DNA of 63,580 bases, counting the filler, from Globobulimina sp. (Eukaryota), in NCBI GenBank assembly GCA_003354225.1. It is 48 parts of 48 records of this genome, joined end to end, with 100 filler letters (N's around TTAATTAATTAA, not from the genome) between each part and the next. Parts side by side here need not be neighbours in the genome. Positions count along the whole stretch, not along the records: positions 11,948 to 13,174 come from PIVH01020560.1; positions 13,275 to 14,501 come from PIVH01020561.1; positions 14,602 to 15,828 come from PIVH01020562.1; positions 15,929 to 17,155 come from PIVH01020563.1; positions 17,256 to 18,482 come from PIVH01020564.1; positions 18,583 to 19,809 come from PIVH01020565.1; positions 19,910 to 21,136 come from PIVH01020566.1; positions 21,237 to 22,463 come from PIVH01020567.1; 40 more parts are not named here. One strand, given 5' to 3'. A program made the position numbers and the translations under genes. The first letter of the stretch is position 1, and the number at the start of each line of letters is the position of its first letter. Below, piece by piece: positions 12,207-23,890 of this stretch. A model generated the notes under the pieces. The model was not told the DNA's origin. It saw only the letters and a program-made list of their open reading frames with translations, and searched no databases.

Positions 12207-12920
12207 ACCAAATACAAGCAACGAAATTAATATTAATGAATTGAATTGGGAATAGAATTGACATAAATTGGGATATAAATTGAATTTGAATAAATTGAAT
12301 TGGGATTTGTTTGATTATGATGGATCATGGATGATATAATTAAATAAGAAGGGTATATGAATAAAACGGGCGCCAACCCCAGAACTGGCATCAATATGTA
12401 CAGTATGTATGATATGAAAAGCAAAGTAAAGTAAAGTAAAGCAACAAGAAATAATAACTCGTTCAGTCTTGTTGCAAGGACTTCTTTTTTCAATACAAAA
12501 TTTAAAACTTATGGATTTGCGCATAAATGCTGCATTTTTTTGATACTAGCTGTAGTTTGTTAGGAAGTAAGAAAAGTGTCCTGGCACTTCAGGGCTTACA
12601 AAGAATGCAGCATTTATGCGCAAATCCATAAGTTTTAAATTTTGTATTGAAAAAAGAAGTCCTTGCAACAAGACTGAACGAGTTATTATTTGTTGTTGCT
12701 TTACTTTACTTTGCTTTTCATATCATACATACTGTACATATTGATGCCAGTTCTGGGGTTGGCGCCCGTTTTATTCATATACCTTTCTTATTTAATTATA
12801 TCATCCATGATCCATCATAATCAAACAAATCCCAATTCAATTTATTCAAATTCAATTTATATCCCTCAATTCTATTCCCAATTCAATTCATTAATATTAA
12901 TTTCGTTGCTTGTATTTGGT

Positions 12921-12989
12921 TGGCGTAGTCTCAGGATTTGAACCTGAATCTCTGGACGCATCCAGTGCTCTTCTTGAGCTAGGCCGACA
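12921..12989 (-). ncRNA. tRNA-like element (copy in the second palindrome arm)
   Basis: Same element; the anticodon-position arm is CTGGA-TGCG-TCCAG (4-nt loop). Confidence 0.75.
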
Positions 12990-13274
12990 GTATGGAATCT
13001 ATTTTTTTGTCTTCATCATAATCGCCTTTATTGTCGCTGGAGTTTCTTTATGCATGAAATTTCTGACAAATTAGATGCTTCAGCACCGTGGAATTTTTTT
13101 AAATTCTTCTAATATGCAGAGATATGAATAAGCAACAATACCTGAGCTCGGTAGGTGCTGTACTCATACCATACNNNNNNNNNNNNNNNNNNNNNNNNNN
13201 NNNNNNNNNNNNNNNNNNTTAATTAATTAANNNNNNNNNNNNNNNNNNNNNNNNNNNNNNNNNNNNNNNNNNNN

Positions 13275-14311
13275 TACCCATATAAATTTTTGTAAAGCCA
13301 AAATAACTATTTAAGAACCAGCTTGCCGAACTTAATCGGATTGATACCCGTGCAGGCTTCGGGAGTGTTATACGGTATGCTTGTACTGGGCATACTATTC
13401 CTGCGCTGCGAAATTGTGTGATAATCCATGATTTTATATTGCTGTTTGGCAATAATTGGCGCCACCTGTTTGTTGACATAATGTGTAGCAATGTAGATAG
13501 CATACCATTGTCCACCATTGGAGACGTTCAAAACGAAAAAGAAACATATTTGGTCAATATGTTCCGAGGGATTCTCAATGATTTGATATAAAAATATCGC
13601 AAACGTCAATAAGTTTTTAATTAACAAAATAATAAATATCTTCTTCAATTCAGCAGCAACAAAAAATTGATCCTGGAAATGTGGTGTTCGCCAATAAATC
13701 AATAATAATAAAATGAATGGAAAACATAAGTTTGCGGAACCAAACAATTGGAGTTTATGCCAGATGGATTGCTGTGACATTGTGGAGTGTATGAATGCAA
13801 AATAAATGATTGGTATCACAATGAATAGAGTTTGTATGCTGATCAAAGGAATAATGCAATGGTTTTTAAACCAAGTATAATTTCCATATTTCAATTTGTT
13901 GTTGATATACCAATTCGTTTTCAAATCTTTATAGCGTTTGTTAATGATTATGGCCCAATCAATTTTGACTGTGCACAATGCAAAATTTGTGTCGTAATGG
14001 ATTAGCCAAAATCGCCAGACCCAGCTGTATAATAACATGAATGAGAGCAATTGATATGGAATTTCGAAAATGGCGGCCCAACTGCTACCTTCACCAAACG
14101 AAATCACCATAAAAAATAAAAATATCCCCCAAATTAATATGCTAACCATGATGATCACTTCGTAGTGTGTGATTTGAGAGTAACGCTTTTTCATTATAAT
14201 ATGATGCCGATGTTTGTAATAATTGTAACCATTGTGCAAGGCAATTGGGATTAATACCATCCACCATACAATTGAGGTTGATACACACAAAGCCAAAGCC
14301 AACCCGAACAT
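13275..14311 (-). CDS. Multi-pass (GPCR-like) membrane protein, probably followed by a frameshifted RGS domain
   Basis: About 7 hydrophobic segments. After AAA-TAG a shifted frame reads SYFGFTK, resembling the start of an RGS domain (inference). Confidence 0.6.
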
Positions 14312-14859
14312 TAATGATTATTGACTCTACACAACTGAAGTGGGTAAAATTCTTAAGTCGACATTTACGAAAATTGTAAAATGTAGAAGAAAGCAGTATT
14401 TATGGAAACATACGTATCATATATTTTAAATATTATAAAACAAACCACACAAATCACATAATTTGACGGATCCGATCTCGATTAAAATCCTTGGAACCAC
14501 GNNNNNNNNNNNNNNNNNNNNNNNNNNNNNNNNNNNNNNNNNNNNTTAATTAATTAANNNNNNNNNNNNNNNNNNNNNNNNNNNNNNNNNNNNNNNNNNN
14601 NTTCTCATCATATAATTCGTCAAACTGCAATACATCAACAATATCGATATCACTATCATTAAATTTAAATCGTTCAAAGCATTGTATTTTTGTATTAAAA
14701 TGATATTGTTTTACTTGAGCAGTATTAAAGGAAATCATATTTTAAATCCATCCATACGTACACACTGAGTCATTTTTTAATGACTTATTATTCGTAGCCA
14801 ACAATTATTGTGGTTTAGTTATGCATAAAAACACACACCGCAAAGTCAGCAAATTTTTT

Positions 14860-15828
14860 TGTATGTAAAGACATATAACAATGGCGACAATCTATTACTT
14901 GTAAACATACTGAGCGATGGTAACAGTTTATTGTATAAAAAGATACTCCGAAATGGCAACGATTTATTGGTGATGAACATACTTAGCAACGACAACAATT
15001 TGTAGTATATAAACACACTCAGCAATGCCAACAATTCATTCTATGCCAAGATCTACAGCAATGACGCTAATATATTATTTTTGGGCATACTCAGCAATGG
15101 CAACAGTTTATTGTATGTCAACACGTACATCAATGGTGATATATATTATTCGTAAGCACAGACAGCAATGGCAACAATTTATTGTACGACAATACGTACA
15201 GTAATGGCAACAATTTAATATATAAATGGCGACGATTTATTATATATAAACACAGAAATGGCGACAATTTGGTATGGAAGATGTGTTTTCGATTTATTAT
15301 GTAATTGTGTATAAGCATCAAAATCTTATTTTTAAATAAATAATTCATCTCTTGCTCTCTCACACGTCCTGTAATGATCATATCTAATTCATTGCACTCA
15401 GTCACTCAGTCACTCAGTCACTCAGTCACTAACTCCACTCAACATCTGCATTTTTAAAGTGCTTCTCAGCCAATGAAAGCATGTCTTCGTTGTGGTTGAG
15501 AAAGTATCTGTTTGATCAACAATAGAAAGATCAAGTCATACAAAGTACAAATCTTAATAGTATTATATCTTGACATGTATAACAACAATTTATTATACTT
15601 CAATGCCAACAGTTTATTGACTCAACACGTACAGGAATGGCGACAATTTATTATAGGTAAACACGCAATTTATTATACTTCAATATGTACAACGACCACA
15701 CCTTTATTATAACTGAATACTACACAGCAATGGCAACATTTATTGTAAATAAACAATTTATTATATATACCGATATTTTACATCTTTGACTTCAACACTC
15801 ATAGCAAAATGACAACAATTTATACGTT
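14860..15828. repeat. Degenerate ~39-bp minisatellite, interrupted by a (CACTCAGT)n tract near 15395-15430
   Basis: AATGGC(A/G)ACAATTTATT core recurs at about 39-bp spacing. Confidence 0.8.
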
Positions 15829-15928
15829 NNNNNNNNNNNNNNNNNNNNNNNNNNNNNNNNNNNNNNNNNNNNTTAATTAATTAANNNNNNNNNNNNNNNN
15901 NNNNNNNNNNNNNNNNNNNNNNNNNNNN

Positions 15929-16358
15929 GGCGTAATGAAACACCGGGTGATATTGCTACTAGGTTTTGAATGGGGTCAATAATTTTAACCTCAGTATAAT
16001 GTGACATGTCAATTTGAATGCATTTGTCATTATTAATGCCAGAGGAACATGAGGACAGTCCCGAATATTGATGTCCTCCGCTTCTAATTGATACAACGTA
16101 ACCGCACTCATTTGCGTATTCTAACATTAATTTTATATCTTGATCACATTCTGCAATTAATATCTTTGTTGGTGAAACATTCTCAGGATACGATGTAAAG
16201 GCATACTGATGCTGTGCTGTGGTATAATTGGTACCTCCCTCCACTATCAAGCTACCACACAACAAATCTGTGTTAAACTCATCACAATCGATATCTGTTT
16301 GTGCTACAACAACACTTGTTGTTGTCATTGCAACTAAAGCTGTAATCATCGCGTTCAT
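15929..16358 (-). CDS. Secreted FAD-binding oxidoreductase (berberine bridge enzyme-like), 3'-truncated
   Basis: Signal peptide; RSGGHQYSGLS flavinylation motif. Confidence 0.85.
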
Positions 16359-17289
16359 TTAAAATATCGCTGTTTAATCTTTTCAGTTTTTTTGATCGAC
16401 ACGTAAAAGAAGAATTGATTTTAAGTTTTTCTTTTTTGTGGATTATGCTAATTATTTAGCTAAAATTAGCGATAATAGCGGCAATTATGAACATTTAACA
16501 AATTAATCATGTATTTGTTCCAAGCGTCATCATGATCACATATTTTATTATTGAAATTAAGCGTGTAATAATTGTTTTGTTTTAGTTAAACATGAATCTG
16601 AAACATATAATGCTTCTCTCTCAATCTCTAATTGTTGCTCTTTTATATCAATAAATGTATTCGGATAAATGTGATTTTCAATGTATGATATTTTGCAATA
16701 AATTAGTTCTAGTTTTCTGAGGCAAAAATGATACACATTGAGATAATAATAATTAATATTGAGGTAATTTATTAAATATCGATGGATGTTTGAATAAATT
16801 AGTTTTCCTAAATGTTTTAGTGGAGGATTTAATAATTGATAAATGAATGGAAGAATTTGAATGATTTGCATTAAAATATTTTGATTTGTTTGAAGGCGTA
16901 AAAAATAATTTTAAATAAATTAACAACAATTCGATTCTTTTATCATGTTTGCATTGAACTTGCGGACCATTTTTTGTACTTTGGATGGCGAAGCATTATT
17001 AATTTTGGAATGCAATGATAAAATCTCTACAAAATCTGGTTCCATCTGCAAACGATTTTTTTTGAATCCTCAAAACTTTTAATTTCAAAAAAAGTAGTAA
17101 CAGATGAAATCATGATAAAAGTATCGAACTTATTTTATTGACTACGTCTACAATCNNNNNNNNNNNNNNNNNNNNNNNNNNNNNNNNNNNNNNNNNNNNT
17201 TAATTAATTAANNNNNNNNNNNNNNNNNNNNNNNNNNNNNNNNNNNNNNNNNNNNTTTTATAATAAATATGATGTGCTTGAACCAATTC

Positions 17290-17601
17290 TCAGTCATCAA
17301 CTCTTTCCGATTCATCAATGTATGTATATTTTTTATTCCATTCATCCACTTCATGTTGCAACCATTGTTGCACATTATCAAAATTTTGTGGATACCGCGT
17401 GCTGTTTATAAACAAATGATTTTCATCCAAATCCCTCATTACAAATTTATGATTTGATTTCTCATTTAAACGTAATAAAAATTGTTTCAATGCGCCATCA
17501 CAAGTTATCAATAATCCACGATGTGCTTTGATTGCAGGTTGATTTGGCAAGTTTGGTTGTTGATGTTTCATCTCTTGTGCATGTTGAACAGAAGAAGCCA
17601 T
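17290..17601 (-). CDS. GTF2H5: TFIIH subunit Tfb5/TTDA
   Basis: AHRGLLITCDGALKQFLLRL...FVMRDLDENHLFI matches the Tfb5 pattern. Confidence 0.88.
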   Translation of the reverse strand: MASSVQHAQEMKHQQPNLPNQPAIKAHRGLLITCDGALKQFLLRLNEKSNHKFVMRDLDENHLFINSTRYPQNFDNVQQWLQHEVDEWNKKYTYIDESERVDD

Positions 17602-17651
17602 TGTGTTCATGAATATCCGCACGCAGTATAAAAAAAACGTTACTTAAAACA

Positions 17652-18482
17652 ATGGCAGCGGCAGAGACTCACCAATTAAACGGGTCCCAGGACTCTGACA
17701 ATGAAGATGATCTCAATGACATTGAAGCCAGCGAAGGTGGTCTAGACTCATGCAAAGATACATGCGCTGAGTGTGTAGATAACTGTGGAGAGTGTGTGGC
17801 TACACAAGGCGGGAAAACAGCCATATACACTGTGCTCGGATTGGTGTGTGTCATTGGCGTATTATTGACAATTATATTAATCCCAATCTCAATACGCACC
17901 GTTGAATATGATGAGTATGCAGTGTGATATGACGATTTCACCAATAAATTATATACAAATATATATACCGAAGGAAAATATGTATTATCGCCACAATCAA
18001 AATTGTATAAATTCAGCAATTTGGTCAAAAAAATTGAAATTAATATTACCTGTTTGACATCAAATGGTATTGAGGTACACTTAGATGTTGATATACAATA
18101 TCAAATGCCACAAAAACAAGTTAATAAAATACAAACATTTTCCTAGTACTTGTTATTTGATAATTTGATATCTTGCATAGGTTTATAACGCATTTAAGAA
18201 TTTTGGTGAAGAAAGTAACTGTGCAAAATATCTAGCTTTGATAATGGCTGATTCTGTACGGGATACTTGCGGTGAATATGAAGCCAAAGATTATTATGAA
18301 AATAGGTTATCAATACAGAATACATTGGAAACCTCATTGATTGCAAATGTTCGCAGAGCCAAAGCATATTTTAATATCACATCCGCTGTTTTGGCGTCAT
18401 ATGATTTTCCAGACTCACTCGACGATTCAATTAATGAGAAACGGGCAGCGGAGAATGATATTGTTATTGCAGAGAATGAACG
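17652..18482 (+). CDS. SPFH/band-7 membrane protein with an in-frame TGA (17925-17927) and intron 18120-18180, 3'-truncated
   Basis: TM helix, then IRTVEYDEYAV*YDDFTNKLY...CLTSNGIEVHLDVDIQY; splicing restores the frame into ORF 18238. Confidence 0.8.
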
Positions 18483-19036
18483 NNNNNNNNNNNNNNNNNN
18501 NNNNNNNNNNNNNNNNNNNNNNNNNNTTAATTAATTAANNNNNNNNNNNNNNNNNNNNNNNNNNNNNNNNNNNNNNNNNNNNGGATCAGCACAATAAATT
18601 AGCTCAACTGTTGTGTCTGCAGTGGATCGGGCTTCAACTTTTGTGTCTGCAGTGGATTGTGTCTGCAGTGTTGTGCAGTGGTTGAATTGTGACTGCAGCA
18701 TGTGACATTGCTGTAAAAATTGGAGGGAACCATAGGGAGGGGTTGTCTCAAAAAAACAAATAAAACGAAAAAAGAAGTTCAAACAAGCAGATGCATATCG
18801 ACATGTAATATGCGTGGGAAAAGAAAGATTTATGGGAAAGATACATTTTTAAAAGTTTTGCAAGAGAAACGAAAGCGGAAAAATGACAGTATCAATATCG
18901 ATATCAGACATTCACGATTCTGCACCGTTTTAATCATTTAAACAAACAATATGAGGAAACAAAATTCATTTTACTTACATTCCACACAACCATTCATTAT
19001 ACGGACACAATCCTATTACATATAAGTCACAAATTA

Positions 19037-19757
19037 TTAGAAATTCATTTTTCTAACATTTACGTACGGGATTTGACAAATTGGACATAATTTTGTTTTC
19101 AATGATTGTTCACATTCCATACATAATGCAATATGATTACAACCATCAAATGACATATTTTTATACCGATCATAACATATAATACATTCTAATAACTTCT
19201 CTCTTGATTCCTGTATACAATTAATACCATTTTTCAGTTCTTGTTCGAAATTATTTAATTCTCTCAAATTATATCTTTCAATGTCATCCGATGTCCCATT
19301 ATATACATTTATTTTTGCCATCAATTCTTTATATTTCATCTTTATTCCATTATTTTCTTCTTTTAATCGAAACACATCGTTTTCTAATTCTTTTATCTTA
19401 TTCTGACGAATTCCATCCATACCACGTAATACCTCATTATTCTTTGTCAAACAATCAATTTGTTCAAGTCTCGATCGATCATATTCCATTTTATTTATAT
19501 TAAAATTATCCATATGCTTTTTCCGTGGCAATTGATGTTTTTCCGTCGTAATTCTAGTTTTTTGAGCATGTACATGTTTATTATGATTATATTTCATTTT
19601 CTTTGCTGGTGGACATGGATTATTATTATCCGATACCTGTAATCTTCGTTTATTATAAGTATTAATATTGATATTGTTTGTATTTTGATAAAATGAGTGA
19701 TTTAAAGACTGTGATACTCGAACAACTATTGCATCAAAGGCAGCTTTACATTCTTAT
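19037..19757 (-). CDS. Coiled-coil protein with a C-terminal C3HC4 RING finger (last exon)
   Basis: CIIC...GCNHIALCMEC...CPIC; the frame stays open upstream of the listed ATG. Confidence 0.85.
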
Positions 19758-19909
19758 ACACAATCGCTTAGGCTTCAATTAAAGGACAGTCCAATTAAAA
19801 TAATCGAAGNNNNNNNNNNNNNNNNNNNNNNNNNNNNNNNNNNNNNNNNNNNNTTAATTAATTAANNNNNNNNNNNNNNNNNNNNNNNNNNNNNNNNNNN
19901 NNNNNNNNN

Positions 19910-20734
19910 AAAATGCATAACTCTGAACTCGCACAATTGAAAGGGACAAACAATGAATTACAAAACGAAAACACTTCATTAACGGAAGAAAATCTGTCAT
20001 TGACCCATCATTTAAATCATTATAATGAATTACAAGATAGATTTGATGCCATCCACAGCATAAATATGAATTTAAGCGCTCAGATTAAGCGATATAAACA
20101 ACAAATAAATGATTTCCAAGATGAAAATAGCAGTTTATCGGTAAAAGTTGATACATTACACTCAGATTCGCTATCTTTTGAAATGAAAACGTTATCGCAA
20201 CAGAATGCACAAGCAATTGTGCATAAACAAAGAGAATTAGAACAAAACAAAACCATTTATCAGTTACAAGCAGATCTTGCCATGCTCGAATCTCATTTAG
20301 TTGACATTAATTCCAATAAATATGAAGAAAATGAAGAAAAAACGCATGGTTTACCATTATCATTAATAGATATGCCGTCCGCGGACAATATTCAATTTAT
20401 AAAAACTATGGAAACGCCGGATGTACATTATTCGCTCGACGACCTTGGCTTTGCCGCAATGAATCATTCGCGAAGAAGCAGCGCATTATTGATTCATCAA
20501 AGTCCTACCAATCATAAAATATCTGAGATGGAAATGCTTTTATCGCAACAAAAAGATGAATTTGATGATTTAATGGCGAAATTTGGACAAATTGAAAGGC
20601 TCTGTCAAGAACAGACAGAGACTTTGAGTTCGCGCAGTAATTCGATCAAAGAATTAGAAGCAAGAAACATGCGATTAAACAAACAATTGAGTAAAACAGA
20701 TAAATCTTGCAATATATTTGCTTTATTTAAGTGA
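19910..20734 (+). CDS. Coiled-coil protein, 5'-truncated
   Basis: Long heptad-rich ORF. Confidence 0.7.
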   Translation, partial: KMHNSELAQLKGTNNELQNENTSLTEENLSLTHHLNHYNELQDRFDAIHSINMNLSAQIKRYKQQINDFQDENSSLSVKVDTLHSDSLSFEMKTLSQQNAQAIVHKQRELEQNKTIYQLQADLAMLESHLVDINSNKYEENEEKTHGLPLSLIDMPSADNIQFIKTMETPDVHYSLDDLGFAAMNHSRRSSALLIHQSPTNHKISEMEMLLSQQKDEFDDLMAKFGQIERLCQEQTETLSSRSNSIKELEARNMRLNKQLSKTDKSCNIFALFK

Positions 20735-20874
20735 GTTGCGATTATGTTGGTGTATATTATGTATTGTGTTGTGTTATTATTTTAATTTTACATTTTTCAG
20801 AATTGCCTACAGTGTATATTATTTTACATTTTTCACTAGTAAAAATACAAAAAACTGTGCCAGTGTTGGCAATA

Positions 20875-21136
20875 ATGTCAACTCCGCTAAGTTTCTCTTG
20901 GAAAGGAGTGGATTTACGGGCAGATAAAACAGTATTAAATGATCTTAAAAAATATAAACTGGTGAATGTATTCGATACGATCCAACAACAGAAAAACGGT
21001 AAAATACCAAATTTAGCTGCAATATACACCAAATATTTGGCAATGACCAAAATCTATAAAAAATGTAAATTAGTATTATTAATGAGACATGGCGAGGGAA
21101 TCCATAATGAGGCAATATTAAAAATATATGGTTTAC
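20875..21136 (+). CDS. Histidine phosphatase (phosphoglycerate mutase-like), 3'-truncated
   Basis: LVLLMRHGEGIHN motif. Confidence 0.85.
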
Positions 21137-21236
21137 NNNNNNNNNNNNNNNNNNNNNNNNNNNNNNNNNNNNNNNNNNNNTTAATTAATTAANNNNNNNN
21201 NNNNNNNNNNNNNNNNNNNNNNNNNNNNNNNNNNNN

Positions 21237-21377
21237 ATATTTACAATTGTGGTTACAAATATTTGTTGGTTTAATTCGAATATGCAAGGGTGGTAGAATT
21301 TCAGATTTTTCTTTTGGAAGAGAATCTATTTTCTCTTTAAAATGAAAAATCTTCATGCTTGTGTACAAGTTTCCCAT
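21237..21377 (-). CDS. Bacterial radical SAM protein, N-terminus
   Basis: IKPTNICNHNCKY, the start of a CxxxCxxC motif. Confidence 0.8.
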
Positions 21378-21387
21378 GGGCTATATC

Positions 21388-22050
21388 TCACTCAAAATAT
21401 ATAAATTCATAATCGCCGGTATAACCAAATTCTTCAAAAAGCCACACCCATTCCTGAGGCTTGAAAAAGGACTCACATGTCAATGCCCAGCATTGCAGAT
21501 TAAATAATTCTTCTTCATTTCTATAACCTTCAACAACGATATATTTATTTTTTCCCACCCGATCAATTTCTATAACAGCCGATTTGAGCTCAAATATCTG
21601 AAGATTGTGAAGCGTGGTGAGAGATACGACAAGGTCAAATTCTTTATCCCCAAAAGCGTATGGCGACTGGGCATTGTATTGAAACAGGTTGCCTTTTATC
21701 TCAGGTTTTGCATTCGCAACAGCATATTGAGATATATCAAATCCGGTAACTGTTGAATCCGGAAGAAGTTTGTTTAATTCATACAGCAAATAGCCTTTTC
21801 CACATCCCACATCCAGGATATTTGCATCACCCGGCAAATTATATGTTTCTATCAGGCGCCTTGCCACGGCTTCCCATCTTCCGTCATACTTGTAGCCGCC
21901 ATACCCGAACCTTCTGTCTCCATCCCAAAACTCAAGGTCATATTGTTTGGCAACACGCATGCAATTGACTTTATCGTCAGTCATCCTGTTAATATAGTTC
22001 CTTTTGGTCCTTGTATGTAATGGTGTTACGATATTTAACAACTTACCCAT
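21388..22050 (-). CDS. Bacterial class I SAM-dependent methyltransferase
   Basis: ILDVGCGKG motif; intronless; overlaps the upstream stop codon. Confidence 0.9.
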   Translation of the reverse strand: MGKLLNIVTPLHTRTKRNYINRMTDDKVNCMRVAKQYDLEFWDGDRRFGYGGYKYDGRWEAVARRLIETYNLPGDANILDVGCGKGYLLYELNKLLPDSTVTGFDISQYAVANAKPEIKGNLFQYNAQSPYAFGDKEFDLVVSLTTLHNLQIFELKSAVIEIDRVGKNKYIVVEGYRNEEELFNLQCWALTCESFFKPQEWVWLFEEFGYTGDYEFIYFE

Positions 22051-22463
22051 AATTGAGACTCCGTTTTCCTATACTGGGGATGTCCTTCTTTAACAGCAGC
22101 TGTTTTGCTGCCAAAGCAATGCCTTTAGAATCAAGCCCGTATTCTTGTTGTAAGTCCGCTTGTTCTGCATTTATTCTTATATATGCATCATTTAATCCTA
22201 ATCTCTTAAATGGAATAGACCCATCAAATTCTTCAGATAAGACCTCTGCCACAGCGCCCCCCAACCCACCGATAACATTATGTTCTTCCACAGTAATCAT
22301 TCCGGCGGTTTCTTTGGCGCATCGCAGCACTTCCATCCGATCAATGGGTTTAACTGTATGCATATTTATTACAGTTGCCTGAATACCGTCCTGCGATAGA
22401 ATATCTGCCGCATCAAACGAATTTTTTACCATGACACCATAAGCAATTAATGTAATGTCTTCG
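22043..22463 (-). CDS. Bacterial transketolase C-terminal subunit, partial
   Basis: VINMHTVKPID and TVEEHNVIGGLGGAVAE motifs. Confidence 0.92.
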
Positions 22464-22894
22464 NNNNNNNNNNNNNNNNNNNNNNNNNNNNNNNNNNNNN
22501 NNNNNNNTTAATTAATTAANNNNNNNNNNNNNNNNNNNNNNNNNNNNNNNNNNNNNNNNNNNNTGCTTGCTGTGCAGAATTTGAATTTGTTGCTGAATTT
22601 AACGCAGCGGTTAAGTTTCTTGTAGATTAAATGTAAAATATCATTTTTTCCAGCTTCTCTTCATTTGGTGAATATTCAGCTGGTGAATATTCAGTCAAGC
22701 TTTTGGAAAACTGCAGAAAACTGTACTTTACCATCGACCATTTCACAGGAAGCAAAAAGTCAAATGCGATTAGTAGCTATCAAACCAATACAGATATATT
22801 GTCCCCCCTCTTGCCCTGATGTACAGTAATTGATAATTCATAATTATCTTTCTCTATATTTTTGCATAGAAGTCTAAAAATACATTTATTAAAC

Positions 22895-23790
22895 ATGGCT
22901 AAAATTATTCAATTATGCTGTGAATTCGTGTTAAATCTGCTAGTAATTAGCATAGTGATCACAAATGGAATTCCATTCTCAACTCAAGTTCATATTGGTT
23001 TGATCCCTTCAAATAAAGTGTCTATATCATGGGTAACAAAAGCACCATACAACAATCCACCAATTGTGTATTTCACAGCAACCAATCCAAAGTTGCAAAA
23101 CATTACATTGCAATCAACACAAATCACAGCTTACACACAATCAAACAGTGGAATAAGTCGTTATTATCACCATGCAATAACACCATCATTAATGCCATTG
23201 AAGCAATATTGGTATGAACCAGGACAAAACGCATCAATATATACCTTTATTGCACGTGATCCGTCAACAAAACGTCAGCCACCAACAAAACGTAAACCAT
23301 TTTCCTTCTTAGCCTACGGTGATTTGGGCGTTACCAATTCCCAAAACACAGTGTCTTTAATCAAAGACTTGGCCGCTCCATCAAATGCAATCGATTTTAT
23401 TCTGCATATCGGTGACATTGCATACGCAGATGATAAAGATTTATTTTCCTACAATCCATCTTATCCCCAAATATACGATAAATTCGGCACAATGTTGGAG
23501 CCGATTTGGAGCAAAATCCCGTACATGACAGCTCCCGGAAATCATGAATCAACCTGTTTTTCATGGACAGGTATCACAGATTTGAATTGTCATTCTGATG
23601 TAGAGAAGTTTACAGTGTATCGGGAATATTTTCGGATGCCATCAGCTGCGGAGAATGAGGCAGGTGGCGGTGCTATGAATATGTGGTGGTCCATCAACTA
23701 TAAAAACGTGCATATATTAACAATTTCGACAGAAACAGATTATCCCGGCAGTCCTGCTCAAGATTGGAGCCCTTTTTTCGAAGCGGGACC
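22895..23790 (+). CDS. Purple acid phosphatase, 3'-truncated
   Basis: Signal peptide, FN3-like N-domain, GDLG, GDIAYAD and GNHE motifs. Confidence 0.92.
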
Positions 23791-23890
23791 NNNNNNNNNN
23801 NNNNNNNNNNNNNNNNNNNNNNNNNNNNNNNNNNTTAATTAATTAANNNNNNNNNNNNNNNNNNNNNNNNNNNNNNNNNNNNNNNNNNNN

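Larger units (their letters stand above)
11948..13174. repeat. Whole-contig imperfect palindrome (arms about 580 bp, spacer about 12537-12603)
   Basis: The contig start is the reverse complement of its end; the arms differ by several substitutions and indels. Confidence 0.95.

Noticed and set aside
12233-12941. Twin hydrophobic ORFs in the palindrome
   Set aside because: Produced by simple repeats in the inverted arms; they start at TTG and have no coding hallmarks.
14860-15828. 39-bp periodic repeats as a CRISPR array or LRR-like ORFs
   Set aside because: Units are degenerate along their whole length, with no repeat/unique-spacer structure, no cas genes and broken frames.
18596-18700. AAATTAGCTCA..GTTGTGTCTGCAGTG motif, also at about 43641-43669
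   Set aside because: A real short dispersed repeat, but truncated at contig ends and not classifiable.
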